From contig NW_008246100.1 of assembly GCF_000281045.1 (NCBI RefSeq), forward strand, positions 466,432 to 530,431: a stretch of 64,000 nucleotides of DNA, given 5' to 3'. Source of the DNA: Saprolegnia diclina VS20 (lineage: Eukaryota). Positions 25,953-40,400 of the stretch are shown here, one piece after another. Within the stretch, counting starts at the first letter, position 1. Every line of letters begins with the position of its first letter. The position numbers were made by a program, and so were the translations under genes. The notes beneath the pieces were generated by a model. The model had not been told where the DNA came from, searched no databases, and was given only the letters and a program-made list of their open reading frames with translations.

Positions 25953-27669
25953 ATGAGCGCGTGGTCCTTTGACGAGGTCAGCAGCGTCTCCAAGAAGCTC
26001 CATGCGACGCTGCAGCAAGACGGCTGGCGCGACGACGTCAAGAACACGAAGGAGCTCCTGGGCATGCTCTCGAATCTGCAGTCGTATCGCCCGGACCACG
26101 AGTCGCTGGCCAAGACGAAGCTCGGCGTGGCCGTCAACAAGCTGCGCAAGCATACCGACAAGTGCGTGAGCGGGTACGCTGGCGTTTTGACCAACCGCTG
26201 GAAAGAGGCCTTGGACGTCAAGCCATCGGCGCCATCCAAGCCACGCGCGGCCAATGTACGCTTTGACGATCCTACGATTGAGGCTCATGGAGATGTAGGA
26301 GCTGGCCGACTCGACCAAAGCCATGGACGCAGACCAGAAGGAGATGGCACGGAACCGCCTCGCCAACTCGTATGCAAAGGAAAAGGCCAAGCGCGATGCG
26401 CGCACGAGCATCTACCTCGACCAGCCCGTGACCAAGACGAAGCGCGGGAAGGCGCCAAAGCCGACATCGATCATCACACGCTTCACTACGCCCCAGCGCG
26501 CCCAGGCCAAGATCGTGCGGTCCATGGCGCCCACAAGCAGCAGCGCGCGCTCGACAGCATCGAGCACGCTGAGCCGGTCGACAATGGCGTCCCGCCCGTC
26601 GTCGGCACCCACATCGCGGGCCCTTCCGCGCACGGCCCTCGCGTCCAAAAACATGTAGTGCATCCAAGTCCTCTCTCTACGATGGCTCACATGAAGTGGT
26701 AGGACGGACGAAGAGCGCCACCAGATGCGGCAGCAGCGGCTACGCGCCATCGCAGAGGAGAAGGCGCGGCAGATGGGCAAGGCCGTGCCTCCCGCGCTCC
26801 GCGACGCCAACGCCCGAGAGCGACCGCGCGACAGCGGTAGCAAAGAAAAGGCGCCGTACGTTGATGCTCGCAAGATGTACACGCGGCTGCCCGAGCCGTC
26901 GTCAAACAAGCAGCCCGCCGCTGGCAGCAGCAAGCCGGCAGCGGGCCGCCCTTTGCCGCCCAAGAACCGGCCGAACGCCCCCGAGATGACGAAAGAGCAA
27001 GCCGACCGCAAGGCGTTTCTCGACAAGATGTACCCGCGCGTGGCGTCGACGGCGCCCGAGAACCCGCTCAAGCGCAAGCGCGAGACGGACCCGGCGTCGT
27101 CGGCCCGCGACACGAAGCAGCCGTGGACCGAAGGCGAGCGCGAAGTCGTGCACTGGCTCAAGGGCATGACCGACGACATGAGCCAGTACAGCCAAGCGTT
27201 CTTCGACAACGGGTTCGACTCGATGAAGGCGATTGCGATGCTGACCGAAGACGACCTCGCGTCCATGGTCCCGAAGAAGGGCCACTGCCGCCTCATCGCG
27301 CTGGCGCTCGAGAGCCTCCAGCGCAAGAGCAAGAAGCGCGTCGAGACCAAGAAGCGCCCGAAGCGCGCGTATGAAGAAGACGACGACATGTACGAGAGCG
27401 ACGACGGCTTTGTCGTGAGCGACGAAGAGGAAGACGTGTACGTGCCAGGGGCCATCACGAGCCTCATGCGCAAGGGCCGCCGACCGCGCAAGTACTCGCT
27501 CGACGACGGCGCCGACTCGTCCGATATGGAGGCCACGTTTGATGACATTGAGCGCGAAGAGGCGCGCAGCCGGCGCTACGGCGACTACGAAGACGAGATC
27601 GAGGACCGGCGCAACCGACTCCACAAGCAGAAGAAGGACAAGAAGAAGAAACGGTCCACGAGTCCCTAA
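25953..27669 (+). CDS. SPT2-like chromatin protein with N-terminal TFIIS-N (TND) domain and SAM domain, multi-exon
   Basis: TND: LAKTKLGVAVNKLRKH...LTNRWK. SAM: VVHWLKGM...YSQAFFDNGFDSMKAIAMLTEDDL...KGHCRLI. SPT2 C-terminus: DDGFVVSDEE...SSDMEATFDDIEREEARSRRYGDYED. Confidence 0.75.
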
Positions 27670-27805
27670 CACGATGCGCCTCTGATCTCCACCTCCATGT
27701 GCTTTTATGTCTTCTGTGCTGACCTGATGATCAACCCGACCCCTGGCAGTGGCAAAGGGTTAGGTTTCTTGAGGACACACACATATTTGGTCTAATTTGC
27801 ACAAC

Positions 27806-30800
27806 TTATTGCTGCCGCAGGTTGGTGTCCTCTTGGTAGCTAAAGTCGTCAAAGTGCGCAAGCGCCTTCCCGTCCTTGGCGATCGGCGAGTCGATGGCTG
27901 CCATCTTCTGAAACATCTCGGGCACGTTCGAGACGTCGTCGATCGCGCTGACGTTGGGAAGAAAGACGGGTGAGAGCTCCTTCCGGAGCAGCGCGTCCCA
28001 ATCGATGGGCGCAAAGAACGGATGCGCCATGATCTCCGTCCCGCCATTGGGGCCGCCCCCGAGGCGCTTGCTCGGGTCGCGCGTGAGTAGCCTACAGCGA
28101 TAGCACTGTGGATATCAACGTAGGAGAAGGAACTACCTCGCAATGACAGAGCGCGCCGTGGCCGAAATGTAGGGCGGATACACGACCTCCGAATGCATGA
28201 TGTTCTTGAACATGGTGCGGCGGTTCTTGTCGACGAAGGGCGTGCGACCCGTGAGCATCTCAAAGAGCAGGATGCCGTAGCTCCACCAGTCGACGACCTT
28301 GCCGTACGCTTGATGCCGAAGGAGCTCGGGCGCCATGTACTCGGCCGTGCCGCAAATGGTCTTCATGCCCACTAGCATCCACCGTCATGTGAGATCCGAT
28401 GGTGAAGCATATAGGTACGCTGCGCTTGGGACTGCCGAATCGCGCCGTCCACCGACTGGCCTTCCTTGGAGAGACCAAAGTCCGTGAGCGCAATGTGGCC
28501 GTGGGCGTCCATGAGGATGTTTTCAAGCTTGAGGTCTCGGTACGCAATGTCTTTCGAGTGCAAGTGCATGATCGCCGTGAGGAGCTGCGCCATGTAGAGG
28601 CGCGTGCGGTCCTCCGAGAATTTCTTCGACTTGCGCAGATGGTAGTAGAGCGACCCGCCGGGGTAGTAGTCCATGATCAAGTACAGTTTCTCGGGGTTCT
28701 GGAACGCGTAGCGAAGGCGCACGACGTACGGGTGGTTGATCTCCTTGAGGATGTGCTGCTCCGCTTTTGTGTTTTCCACCTACATCCACGCTTGTACCAG
28801 TGCAGTGCGTCGACGCTTACTTGGTCGTTCTGGATGATATGCGCCTTCTTCAGAATCTTCATCGCGTAAATGGCGCCGCCGTTCTTCCCGGCCTTCTTGC
28901 GCACGAGCATGACCTAATGCATCGTCCGTAGTAATCACGAGAGAAGGGCGCTCGAGCGACCTACCTTGCCAAACGCGCCGCGGCCCACGACCTTCATCAA
29001 GTCAAAGTCGTCGATGCCGAGCGGCATGTCCTTTTCTTTTTCGCGGGCCACCATGCGCTCAATGTTGCGCGACGCTTCGTCGAGCGCGGCTTGGTCGTAC
29101 ACCATCTGCACGGGCGCGTGGCCGCCTTGGTGCGTGTACGGCAAGACGGCGTAGGGAGTCGGCACGTCGAGGCCGAGCGGGCTCGGGTGGCGCGTCGTCA
29201 GATGCGAGCTGGCCGTGCGCGCCGACCCCGTGTTGGTCCCTTGCTTGTGGATCATGATCTGGAGATTGCAACACGCCGTGCAGACGCGCTTGGCCTCGCT
29301 AAAGCCGGGGAGGAAGAGCCGGTCCGAGCAGCTCACGCAGACTGGTCGGAGACACATGCGGCAGTGGCGCCGGCGGTGCATGAGGAAGCTGCACTTGCAG
29401 AGGTAGCACTGGTTCTCAGCCGCGTTGGCGGGCTTCGTGTCGATGATCGGCGGGGCGCCACCAGACGGCGGGCGGGCGGCCGTGTTGCCGCGCTGGCCGC
29501 GAATGAACGAGTCGGTGCGCGCGACAAACGTATCATGGACCCACTCGAGTGTGAGTTCGAGCTCGCCGTTGCCGTGGCTACTGCTTGAGCGCTCGTCGCG
29601 AAGCGTGAACCACTTGCGCACTACGCGAATTCTGATAAGGACCTGTTTGTTTGTCGATATGCTACCGGGGCGGTTGAGGCCAATGTCGGTCATGCCCAGC
29701 GCAACATGGCCGAGCGACGTCGAGAGAGGAAACGTCTTGTCCTTGACGGTCACGACGACGGTCGTCGCCGCGTCGCTTACGGGGAACGAAAATGTTTGGT
29801 TCCACTCGGGGTCCATCGTCTTGCGGTGGTTGCCGACCGTCTCCTTCTTCTGGCCGACGCACGTGACGACTGCATACGGGTTGTTGTAGGGCTGGCCCGT
29901 GAGCCGCGCGCGGTTCACAGTTACGACGAGCTTGTTGGGGATCGTTGCCCGTAGCGCTAGCATCGCGTCGTCGAGGCCGTTCCCAATGAGCTACCCGAGG
30001 ATCAAGCACGGTGCTACTTGAAGCAGTGTACCTGGAGGAACATAAAAGCCGACGCCTGCACTGACTGAATGACCGACGCGACCGAGTGGTCACCCGAGAA
30101 GCGCCCGATCGAAAGCGACGTGCACTTGTACTGGTTGGCATTCGAGACGACCTGGAACATGGGCTCGGACGACGGCTCAAAATGGATCGACCGCGTCTCG
30201 ATGAGCGTCTCAAAGTCCGGCGGTTCGGACCGGTGGCGGCGCGCGGCTTGCGGCGCGTCAACGTACACGACGCCGCCAATGCGTCCCTACACCATGCTCA
30301 TGCTCATGCTCCTCGATCATGGAGATGACGTACGTGGTGCTCGGGTCCGAGCTGCCGCAGAAATTGATTGAGGAGCAGTCCCGCGACGTCGAGGACGACA
30401 AAGTTGATTTGCCCGGCGGACGAGGGCGCAATGTACGTGTTCCAGACGTGCGCGACGTGGTCTTCGGGCGTCGCGCTATGGAGGATCTTGACCTTCTGGC
30501 CTTTGACGACGCCAAAGTTGGTGCTCGGGTTCATAATGACCACCGACTGGCCATTCTGTATGGCGGCGCGGGCGTACGGCAGCATCGACATTTGGTGCAG
30601 CGCCGACGTAAACGCGGACGACGATGGGCCGTTCGGTGGGCGCGGGATCGCCCAGAGCCCAGGCACGACGCCAGGCCCGCACTGGAGGAAGACGCACATG
30701 CGCGGGTTCGTGCTCCAGTCGGACGAGACAAAGATGGAGCTCCTCGCCTCGGCGCGCGCGCTCGGGATGAACTCCTCGGTGAAGTGCAGGTCGCCGCGGA

Positions 30801-30922
30801 GCCGCGCCTGGACCTGCCCGGCGACGTGGCGGATGTCGTTGGCGACCGCTTGCTGGCCTAGCACGCCCATGCATCCAAGTCTTCCTCATCGTCCAGCTCG
30901 TACCCGTGAAGCTGCTCGTCAT
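27806..30922 (-). CDS. AGC-family Ser/Thr kinase with Arb2/FAM172-like, C2 and FYVE domains, multi-exon
   Basis: Kinase motifs FDLMKVVGRGAFGK, YAMKIL, YRDLKLENIL, TDFG, TICGTAEYMAPE, plus AGC tail FDDFSY. FYVE: CYLCKCSFLMHRRRHCRMC...CSDR...RVCTAC. C2: NPYAVVTC...DPEWNQTFSF. N-terminal Arb2-like region. Start uncertain. Confidence 0.85.
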
Positions 30923-31440
30923 GAGATAGGCAAGTGTTCCGGGCAGGTTCAGACTCTGGCATTACACATCTTGGTTTGAGTATACCACCCACGTATCCGG
31001 ACATGTCCTATTTTCAGCTTCTCCGACCAGGACCGCGCTCGTCGTCCGCGTCCTCCACGCTCTTCCTCCATGCTCGTCCTCCATGCTCTTCCGCGACCTC
31101 TATGACGAGGTCCATGCAAGATCGCCGAGGACGACGACGCAGCGAGGAGCCTTGGCCCTCGCGCGCCTCTGCGAATGAGCCCAATGATCGCAGCATCGAC
31201 CGGATCTACGCGAGCTGTCTTCGGATCGCGATCGAGGAACCGCGCTTCGTCATGTGCGGAGATGCATGTGGAAGCATCTGCATGCAGCGGAGCCTTCATG
31301 CACGGGATTGTCTACCTTGGTCCCCATCGTCCATGCAGCGTCGTCCTCTCGCACGGGGCTTCTTTGTCCGTATAAATTAACCGACCAAAAAGCCTTTTTG
31401 CGAGATTTGGGAGTCGGGATTTTTGCGGAAACCAAACGAA

Positions 31441-34400
31441 ATGATCTGCGGCGCAGGAGCCCCGAGGTATCCACCGACCGGAGGGGAGCAAGCGCTCGTG
31501 GATCTGCTGGTCCGCCACTGCGACGACGCTGCGTCGGAGGCGCCCCCGCCGACGGACGCCCTCCTTCGCCTGCTCCAGCGTCTGCGCGACTGGCCCTTTG
31601 AGGGCCAAGCCGATTTGTACAACTACATCCCGTTGCTCGAGGCGTTTGGGAAGCTCCTCGACCGGATCGTCACCCGCGCCGCGACCGATGATGGCCGCCC
31701 AATCGTCATCTTCCATAGCGGCGAGGCGCTGGCGCCGGGCACCTGGACGTACGCGGTCCGCGACGAGCTCGCGTACGAAGTGCTCCGCGTCTCGGCGATC
31801 CTCTCGGAGAACGCAACCAACAAGCATTTGTACCCGTCGATTGACCACCTCGTGTTGCTCGTCGGCGCGACGAGCGAGCGCATTGCGCGCGAAGCGATCA
31901 AGCTCGTGGCCATGCTCGCATTGCCATCGCTGCCGCATCGGTACACCACGGACCCGCGGGCGCCCAACGACGTCAAGGCGCGCGATCGCACGCTTCTAAA
32001 GAAGTACCTTCTCGTCGTGGCCGAAGGCAGCGGTGGCGCGAGCAGTAGTCTCGACATGGTCGACTACCTCCAAGACGATGCCACGCGCACCGAGGCCAAC
32101 CGGCCCGAGATGGTCTACCAGTTTTACCGCTACGACGAGGTCGCCAAAGACAGCGTGCTTGTCTCGATCCAGATCCCGGATCCGCCGGCGCAGGCCGAAC
32201 CGACCACCGCTGCCAACGTCTTGGCGCAGCTGATCCAAGCGCACCACGTCCCGGAGAAGCACCAGTTCAAGTTGCTGTACCGTATTCGCTCGAGCTACAG
32301 CGCCGTGTCGCGGAGCACACGGGAAGTCGCGGTCGTCGAGCGTCTCCACGCGCTCCTCGGTCTCTTTTACATTTTTGGCGACTCGGACGAAGTGACACAG
32401 TACATGGAGGCCAACGCCGAGCTCGTCGTCGAAATCGTCGAGCTCATTCGATATGACATCCACCCGCACGTACCGCTGCCCGTCCGCGTCGCGGCCGTCC
32501 AAGTGCTCACAGCGCTCGTGAGCGACGGCGTCGTGCAGAGCCGCGGCGTGCGTGACCTCTCGCGCCTGCAGTCGTCCGTGCTCACAGCGCTCGGCGTCGT
32601 GCGCGGCATGCCCCACGGCGCGTTCCTCTCGCTTGTGCGACACACGATGGGGACGCTGAGCAGCCTCACGCTGGACGAGACCAAGTCGCCCGACGCCGAC
32701 ATGGACATGACGCTCGCGGTCGCGTTTGTGCAAGCAACGACATCGACCGCCGACTTGACGCCGTTCCGCGACCTCTCGCAGAGCACGGATCGCCAGTTGT
32801 ACTGGGTCGAGAGCGTGCTCGGGCTCCTCTCGGTGGTCGTGGGCATTCCGTCGGGCGCGTCAGCACTCACGGAGAGCGGCATCATCCCGTCGCTGTTGCA
32901 TGCGATCAGCTGCCCGTCGCTGAGCCCGTTGCACACGTCGGTGGTCGTCCAGTGCGTCCAAGCCCTCGAGTGCGTTGTGACCAACCACGCGCCGGCCGCC
33001 GCGCTCTATCGGGACCTCAGCGGCGTTAGCATTTTGATCGACCGTCTCGCGGCCGACTTGCACGCCGAGTCGGTCGTCGGCACGCAGCAGATTCTGCTCT
33101 TGACGCTCCTCAACATGCTCTCGGTGTCGTTCCACTCGCAGGGCGTCATGAGCGCCGGCGCGACGTCGCGCGTGATCCGCGACACAGCGCCGCTCGCCAA
33201 AGTGCTGCTCGCGATTCTCTCGAACGTCGACGCGTACGGCTCGATGCTCTTTGCGCAGGCCGCGACGCTCCTCTCGGATATCATCAACAACGACCCGACG
33301 TCGGTCAACCACATTCACGGCAGCGGCCTTGCGGACGCGTTTCTGAAAACGCTCTGTCGCTGGGACTTGAATACCGGTGTGAACGCGCTGTCGCCGTCGC
33401 CCGAGCTCGTGATTGCAGTCCCGAGCGTCCTCAGCGCGCTCTGCCTCACGTCGACGCACGTCGAGAAGGTCGTCGCGTACGAGCCAGTGACGTACCTCCT
33501 CGACATGTTTGTCATGCCCAGCTACGTGTTGTACCATGGCTTTGACAGTCTCCAAGGCGACGTCGCGTCCATCGTCGGCGGCGGCCTCGACGAGCTCATG
33601 CGCCACGTCCCGGCATTTCAAAAGCCCACGATTGACGCCTGCGTCCGCGCGCTGACCAAAGTCCAGAGCTACAGCGACGCGACTTTGGACGCCAACGATG
33701 ACGAGAGCCGGCACACGGCCGTGCTGCGCATGACGATGCATGTGTGCGACGTGCTTGAGACCGTCCTGGCCAAAGCCGAGCACGCGGCGCGGTTTGCCGA
33801 CCTCGGCGGTGTCGACACGCTCTTGACGCTCTACAGTCGCATTTTGCCGTCGACGTCCGACTTTCTCTCGAGCGTCACGCAGTCCCACGAGTCGCACGCG
33901 TCCCTCGCGCACTACCCCGCAGCGCAGGGCCTCACGGTCGCCGCGCGCGCGTACGCTGGCCAGCAGCCCACGACGATGCTGACCAAGATTGTGCAGCAAA
34001 TGGCGCTGCACTTGGAGTCGCTGCCGGCGACGATTGGCATGGCATCGATGGCCGACGTGCCGCTGGCCAACGCGACTGTGGATGCGGTGTTTCTCGATGC
34101 TAATGCCCATGTCCGCACCGCGGGCGACTACTTGCGCACGATTTCCGTGCTCGAGTGGCTTGTCTCGCTCTTGCTCTGGAGCCTCCGCACGGCGCACGCG
34201 CACAGCCAGTCGCGCCGATGGTTTGCCGAGTTTACGCTCGAGAAGCACCAAAACGTGCTGGCCAAGCTCTTTGCCGTGGACCGCAGTGTGCTCTGCGAAC
34301 GGACGTCGCTCGAGCGGCAGCTCGTTCCGAAGGCGCCGGTCGGTTTGTGGAAGATTGGTGCGCTTTTGCTGCTCAAGTTTTCGCTTATGGTGCGGAATCT

Positions 34401-37400
34401 GGTGACCAAGTACGGTCGGACGTTCCTGGCCGTGCCCGCGCACCACCGTCTCTCGGAGGAAGCGGTAAGTCCGCTCGCTGCCCACGCGCTCCCGCTCTCG
34501 CACTCGTTGCATGCGCTGCTGCGCGACCTTTTCGACTCGATTCGCGGGTTTACACTGCCGTTCGAGGTCTCGTTTGCGGGCGTCTACTACCTCGAGACGC
34601 TGACTGCGCTCTTGTACGAAGGCAAGCGCCGCACGGCCAATGCGGTCTTGCTGCAGGAAGTCGTCGAGTCGGGCCTCATGGCGTCGACGCTACAATGGAT
34701 CGCGCAGCATGCGCTGGCACTGCTGGACAATGTCGCAGCGCTCTCGAAGCAAGATTTGCGCTTTTTCCAGACGGCGTTTCAGCTGCTCAAGCGCGCAAGC
34801 GACCTCGGTGCGATCACCAATGCGCCGCTCACAGCGTCTTTGGCGCTGCTGCAAGACGCCAACTCGGCCAAGCCGTTTGAGCCGACCGCGCTCAAGATGC
34901 AAATGCACACGATGGTGCTCCAGACGATTTTGCCACTCTGGGCCAAAGAGGCACAGCTCGCAACGCTCCCGTGGGACGCGTCGCTGAGCTACCTCTTCCC
35001 CGCGGTCGCCACGCTGCTCAAGCACCGCCTCGATGTGGCCGCGACGGAGAAGCCCAAAGCGCCCAAGCCCGAGTTTGTCGCTGACGAGCTCGTGGTCGAA
35101 AGCCTCACGTCCATGGGCTTTGGCCGCCCAGCGGTCGAGACGGCGCTGCGCCGCGTGCAGCTCAATGACGTCGAGCTCGCCATGGAGTACCTCTTGTCGC
35201 ACCCGTTTGACGAAAGCGAAGTCGGCGATGTCAACGTGCCGATGGACGAGACGCCGGCGCCGGTCGTCGACTCGGCGGCCGAGCTCTCGGAGCTCTACAC
35301 GAGCGTTCGTAGCGGCCTCGAACGCATGTGCTTTGACGTCGTCAAGAGCCAGCCGAGCGACCAGCGCATGGTCGTCGTCAAGGTCATGGCCGACTTGCTC
35401 CTCGTGCAGTGCCAGCGGTCGAACGACGAGCGCCACAACGTGCTCTCGCAGATCAATGCATTTGTGCTGGCGCACTCGATGGACGCCATGACGCCGGGGA
35501 CCCACCTTTTGGCGCTACTTCTGCACGCCGATCCGCCGAGCCGCCAAGTGCTTGCGAGCTTGACGCCGTCGTGCGTGGCGCATCTGCTGAGTGTGCTCGA
35601 GACGGCGACCCCCGCGTCGCCCGACGACGGACTCACGACCGTCCTCCTCGTCCTCGACGCGCTCGGGCAGGAAGACGGGGTGCTGACGCTTTCGATGCGC
35701 GAGTCGCTTCTCGACACGTGCATTTCGCTCATGCAGCAAGGGGTCTCGGGCAACGTCGGCCACGCCATGTGGCAGCTGCTCGTGCGGCTCACGCGCGACG
35801 TGTCGATCGCGGACCGCTTTGTGACGCGGCACGGCGTCGAAGCCTGCTTGGCGCTCGACAGTCGCTTTGACGGCTACAAGGAGCTCACGTCGGCGCTCCT
35901 CGCGCACGTCATGGAGTACCCGCAAGTGCTGCAGGCGCGCATGGAAGAAAAGGTGCTGCAGTCGCTCAAGAAGCTCAGCGCGCGCTTTGGCGCCCCAGAG
36001 CTCATGCGCATATCGCCGCGGTCGCTGCTCTCGGAGCTCGGCATTGTCGCGCTGCGCAACGAAGCGCTGTTTGTCGACGCGCTCAAGGCCACGATTGTCG
36101 TCAAGAAGAGCGAGTCGGGCCGGTTGTACGTGCTGCCAGCAGGCACGTCGACGCTCGTCGGCACGCAAAAGCTGCTCACGCTGCCCATTCCCAACGCGTC
36201 GTTTGTCATCAAGCTCGTGGTCGACAACTTGATGGCGCTCTGGCGGGCGCAACAGCAGCACGAGAGCGCGCTGCCGATGTTCTACCTCGTGCACCTCGTC
36301 TCGCTCTTCCCGACCTGCGCCAACGTGCTGCTGCAAGACCACATGCCGTTTGTGGAGCTCGTGCTCACCGAGATGCTGCCGTGCCGCGACCTCACGCAGC
36401 TTTTGCGCAAGCCGGCCGCGACACCGGAGGAGACGGCGCTGGACCGCCACCGCCTGAAAGAGCTCACGAAGGACCGCGTGCATAACGCGCACCGCCTTCT
36501 CCTCGGCATCTGCGGCACCAACAGCGAGAGCGCCAAGCGCGTACTCGCCGAGGTCGTCAAGCTCATTGAAGCGTGGGCGTTGGCGACTCACGGCAACGGG
36601 ACCGTGGCCCTGAGTTCGATCCACGCGTGGTGCGCGCTCATGCTGAGCATTCTCTGGCCGCGCGACGACGTCAAGGAGAAGAGCGGTCTCTGGGAACACG
36701 CCAAGTGGCTGCTCAAGACCAAGACCAACATTGTCACGCTGCTCTTTGACGCGCTTGGGAAGGTGGACCTGACGCACCCGCTCGCGCGCACGACGTGCAA
36801 CATGGTGCTGCGACTGCTCGCGGCGTTTACGCGACCGTGGGTCGCCCACCGACTGCGCAAGGTGCCGCGGAAGAAGAGCACCGAAGTCGACGACACGAGT
36901 GCGAGTATGCAGGTCGTGGACGAAGCGCCGGCCGACGAGAGCATGGCGGTCGACGAGGTGGCCGGCAGCGCCGAGGCCGACGACGCGCCGATGGAAGACG
37001 CTGAAAGCGAAGATGACGAGCATGGCATGTCGGGCGAGGACATGGAAGATGAGGAAGACGAGGAAGACGAGGAGGAAGAAGAGGAGGACGAAGAAGGCGA
37101 GGACGATGAAGACGACGACGACGACGATGAAGACGAGCTCAACCGCGAAGACATGGAGATGATGGAGGCCGACTACCCGGCGCGCACCCGCCAAGACGAC
37201 GTCATTCACCCGACGCAGCTCTGGGACTCGCTGGACGCCGACCTCTCGGTACTGCACGACGACGACGAATCTGCCCCGCGCGCGGCGCCGGCGCCCGCCG
37301 ACGACTCGCCCCAAGCGATTCTGCAGCGTGCGCGGACGATGGCGTCGAACGCGACGCGGCGCTCGAACGAAACGTCGTTTGCGAACGAAGCGCAGTCGAT

Positions 37401-40400
37401 CTTTGACCTCTTCTCGGCGTCCTTGGGCTCCAACCACCGGTCGCGCAACGCGGCGTGGAGCCAGCTCTTTCGAGAGTTCGAGCACGACCTCACGCAGCGT
37501 GGCGAGACGCCGGACCACGAATCCGGGTTTGTGCTGCGCGATTTTGACGACGAAGCGGACGACCCGGACGTCATGACGGTGCCATTTGACGTCTTGGACC
37601 GCGACAGCCGGCGCTTCCGTCGTACGATTTGTGCATATGACGCATCGCCACTCATATACCTGTGTCTGTGTAGTCATGGGCCGCCCGACGCCGGGGTTGC
37701 CGGGCGCCAGTCGCAGCAGTCGCAGTGCCGCACCGACGATTTCGACGTCGTCGCTCGCGGGCCTGACGCACCCGTTCTTGGCGTCGCCGGCCGTCGGTGG
37801 GGAGCTTGCAGCCGAGCTCTACGAGTTTGGCGGCATGGGCCGCGGAGCTGGTGACCGTCCGCCGTCGCGCCACCCGCCGTCGTCCCGCGCAGACTTTCAC
37901 TTGCTCAGTGAGCTCTCGATGACGCCGCAGCTCCAGCGGTCGAATGCGTCGCGCTTCCCGCGCAGCAGCAACCACTGGGAGTTTGGCGCCAATCCGTTTG
38001 GGAGCCGCGACGACGCCGTCGTGCGCTCGGTTGTGTCGCGCATGGAAGAAGAGCTCAATGGCCTCGTGGTCGCCGATGCTGCTCCCGATGAGACGGACGA
38101 GGTGCCGGGGTCGCCGGCACCGACGCCCGAATCGGCCGTGCCCGACGATGCGGCGTCCGAGACAGCGTCCGTGATTGCGCTGACGAGTACGCTGGGGCAG
38201 TCGTCGCTGCAGTCGCCGCCCGATGCGTCGATGAGCGTGGCGTCGAGCCCCGTGGCGCCTGCAGACGAAGGAGACGACGACGACGAGCCGCCTGTGGACA
38301 CGAGTGTGGCCGACCAAATGGCGCGCGCGATCCAAATGAGCCTGAGTCAGCTGGACACGACCACGTTGCCACCGCCTGCACCGACGTCGGCGTCGTCGGA
38401 CCAGCTCTTTAGCTTCACGCTGGATTTGCCGACCGCCCCGGCTCCCGTGCCGCCAGCCCCCGCGGACGTTGAGCCCGCGGCGACCGAAAGCGTCGCGGCC
38501 GACGAAGCCGAGGCCGGTCTCGTGTGCCCGGCCGGCATGGACCCCGAAGTGTTCAACTCGCTACCGCCCGACATGCAGGCCGAGATCATTGCAAGCCAAG
38601 CACCCGAGCCGCCGCTAGCGTCAACCAACGGCCAATCACAGCTCGAAATTGACATTGCCAACTCGAGCTACGACCGCGAGACGCTCGAGGCGCTCCCGGC
38701 CGACATTCGCGACGAGATTTTGGCCAACGAGCGTCGCGAGCGCGAAGCCGCGGCGCCGGCCGACGTGTCGTTAGCCCAAGAGATGGACACGGCGTCGTTT
38801 GTTGCATCGCTCGCGCCCGAGCTCCGCGAAGAGATTCTGATCACGTCAGACGACGCGTTTCTGCAGACGCTGCCGTCGGACGTGCGCGCCGAGGCCATGG
38901 TGCTCCGCGAGCGGCACGCGTTCCGCGCCAACTTTCGCCCCGAGCCCTCGGCCGGCGACGCGGCGCGGGGTATGTTTCAACGTCCGACGTTGCGCCGGAT
39001 GCTCACGACGCACGGCACGGACATCCTCGAGAGCGGTGCGGCGCGGCGGCCGCGGTCGCGTCACGACAATGCGACCGCCCAGGCGCTTGCGCGCTCGGAC
39101 GCGACGCACCCCGGCATGCTGCAGCTCGAGAAGGAGGAAGGCGACGTGGAGCACCTCGCGCTCGTGGACACGCGCGCGGTCCAGAGCCTTCTGACGCTGC
39201 TGTACATGGTGCAGTCGATTTTGAACCACCGCGACTTTGCGAGCGTCGTCGCGAATCTGTGTGCGTATCCGTCGACCCGGTCGCTGTTGCAAGCCAACGT
39301 CTTGGCCATGCTCGACGGCTCGTCGGCGTCGGTGTCGTTTCCGCCGCAAGGGCTGCTGGGCTGCACGATGTTCAAGCCGTCGGAAGCCAAGCTGCCGATC
39401 GAGGTGGCGACGCGGCTGCTCACAGTGCTCGTCTCGCTCACCAAGCAAAACGCGCGCTTTGTGCTCGAGCTCTTGCGCGGCGACGTCTACGAGCGCGTCG
39501 GCCTTGTATGTCTGCTCGACTTTCTCGGCCAGCCGGTTATCTACCGCAGCGCCTCTAACCTCGACATGCTCCTCGAGGTGCTGCACGCGACGGTCGCACC
39601 CCTCGCGCGCTTCCGCCCCGACAAGGCCGCGACCAAGCCGGACGAAGTGGACGACGAGGCGCTCGAGTGGGCTCCCGTGCCCCGGGTTGCGCTCTCGCCG
39701 GCGCACATGGAGCGCATTGTGGGCGTCCTTGGCCTCGACCTCTGCACGGGCGCCATGCAAACACGCGTGATTTCGATTCTCAAGCAGCTCGGGTGCATCG
39801 AGGCGAATCAAATGACGCTATTGGCGACGCTCGTGGGCCACGCGACGCGCCTCGCAACCTCCCCGCTTCTGCCGAGTGGTGCGTCGCAGGCGCTGACGTC
39901 GGCCGTGCTCGCGTCCGTGCGCGACGAGCGCAAATTGCTGCGGTACCTGCACACGCTCTCGGACGTGGCGGTCTCGACCGAGCAGTTTACCGAGCAGACG
40001 CGGCTGGTTGGCCTCGACGGCATCTGGGACGCGCTGAGCCGGTCGCTCGAAGAAGCCCGCGACAGCCTCGGCGAGCAGCCCGACAAGGCGGACTCGACGG
40101 TCATTGAGGGCCAGAGCGCGGGCGCGTCGTGTGCGATGGCGTCGCTCCTCACGCGGTTTCTGCCGATGATTGAAGCGTTCTTTGTCGTCAACGCGCGGGA
40201 CGCAGCCAGCATGACACTCGAAGCGCCGGTCGAGTCGATGATGTCGGAGCGCGAGGCCGCGGTGCTGTCCTTGACGGCGCCCGACGACGAGGCCAAGCCG
40301 GCGCCAGTCGAAGCGCCAGTGGCGATCCTCGAGACGGACCGCGATACGACGCGGGTCGCGCTCTTTGTCGAGGCCAACCGCGTGCTGCTCAACATGCTCG

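Noticed and set aside
37040..37135. GAA/GAG/GAC repeat tract
   Set aside because: Encodes the normal acidic region of HUWE1-type ligases.
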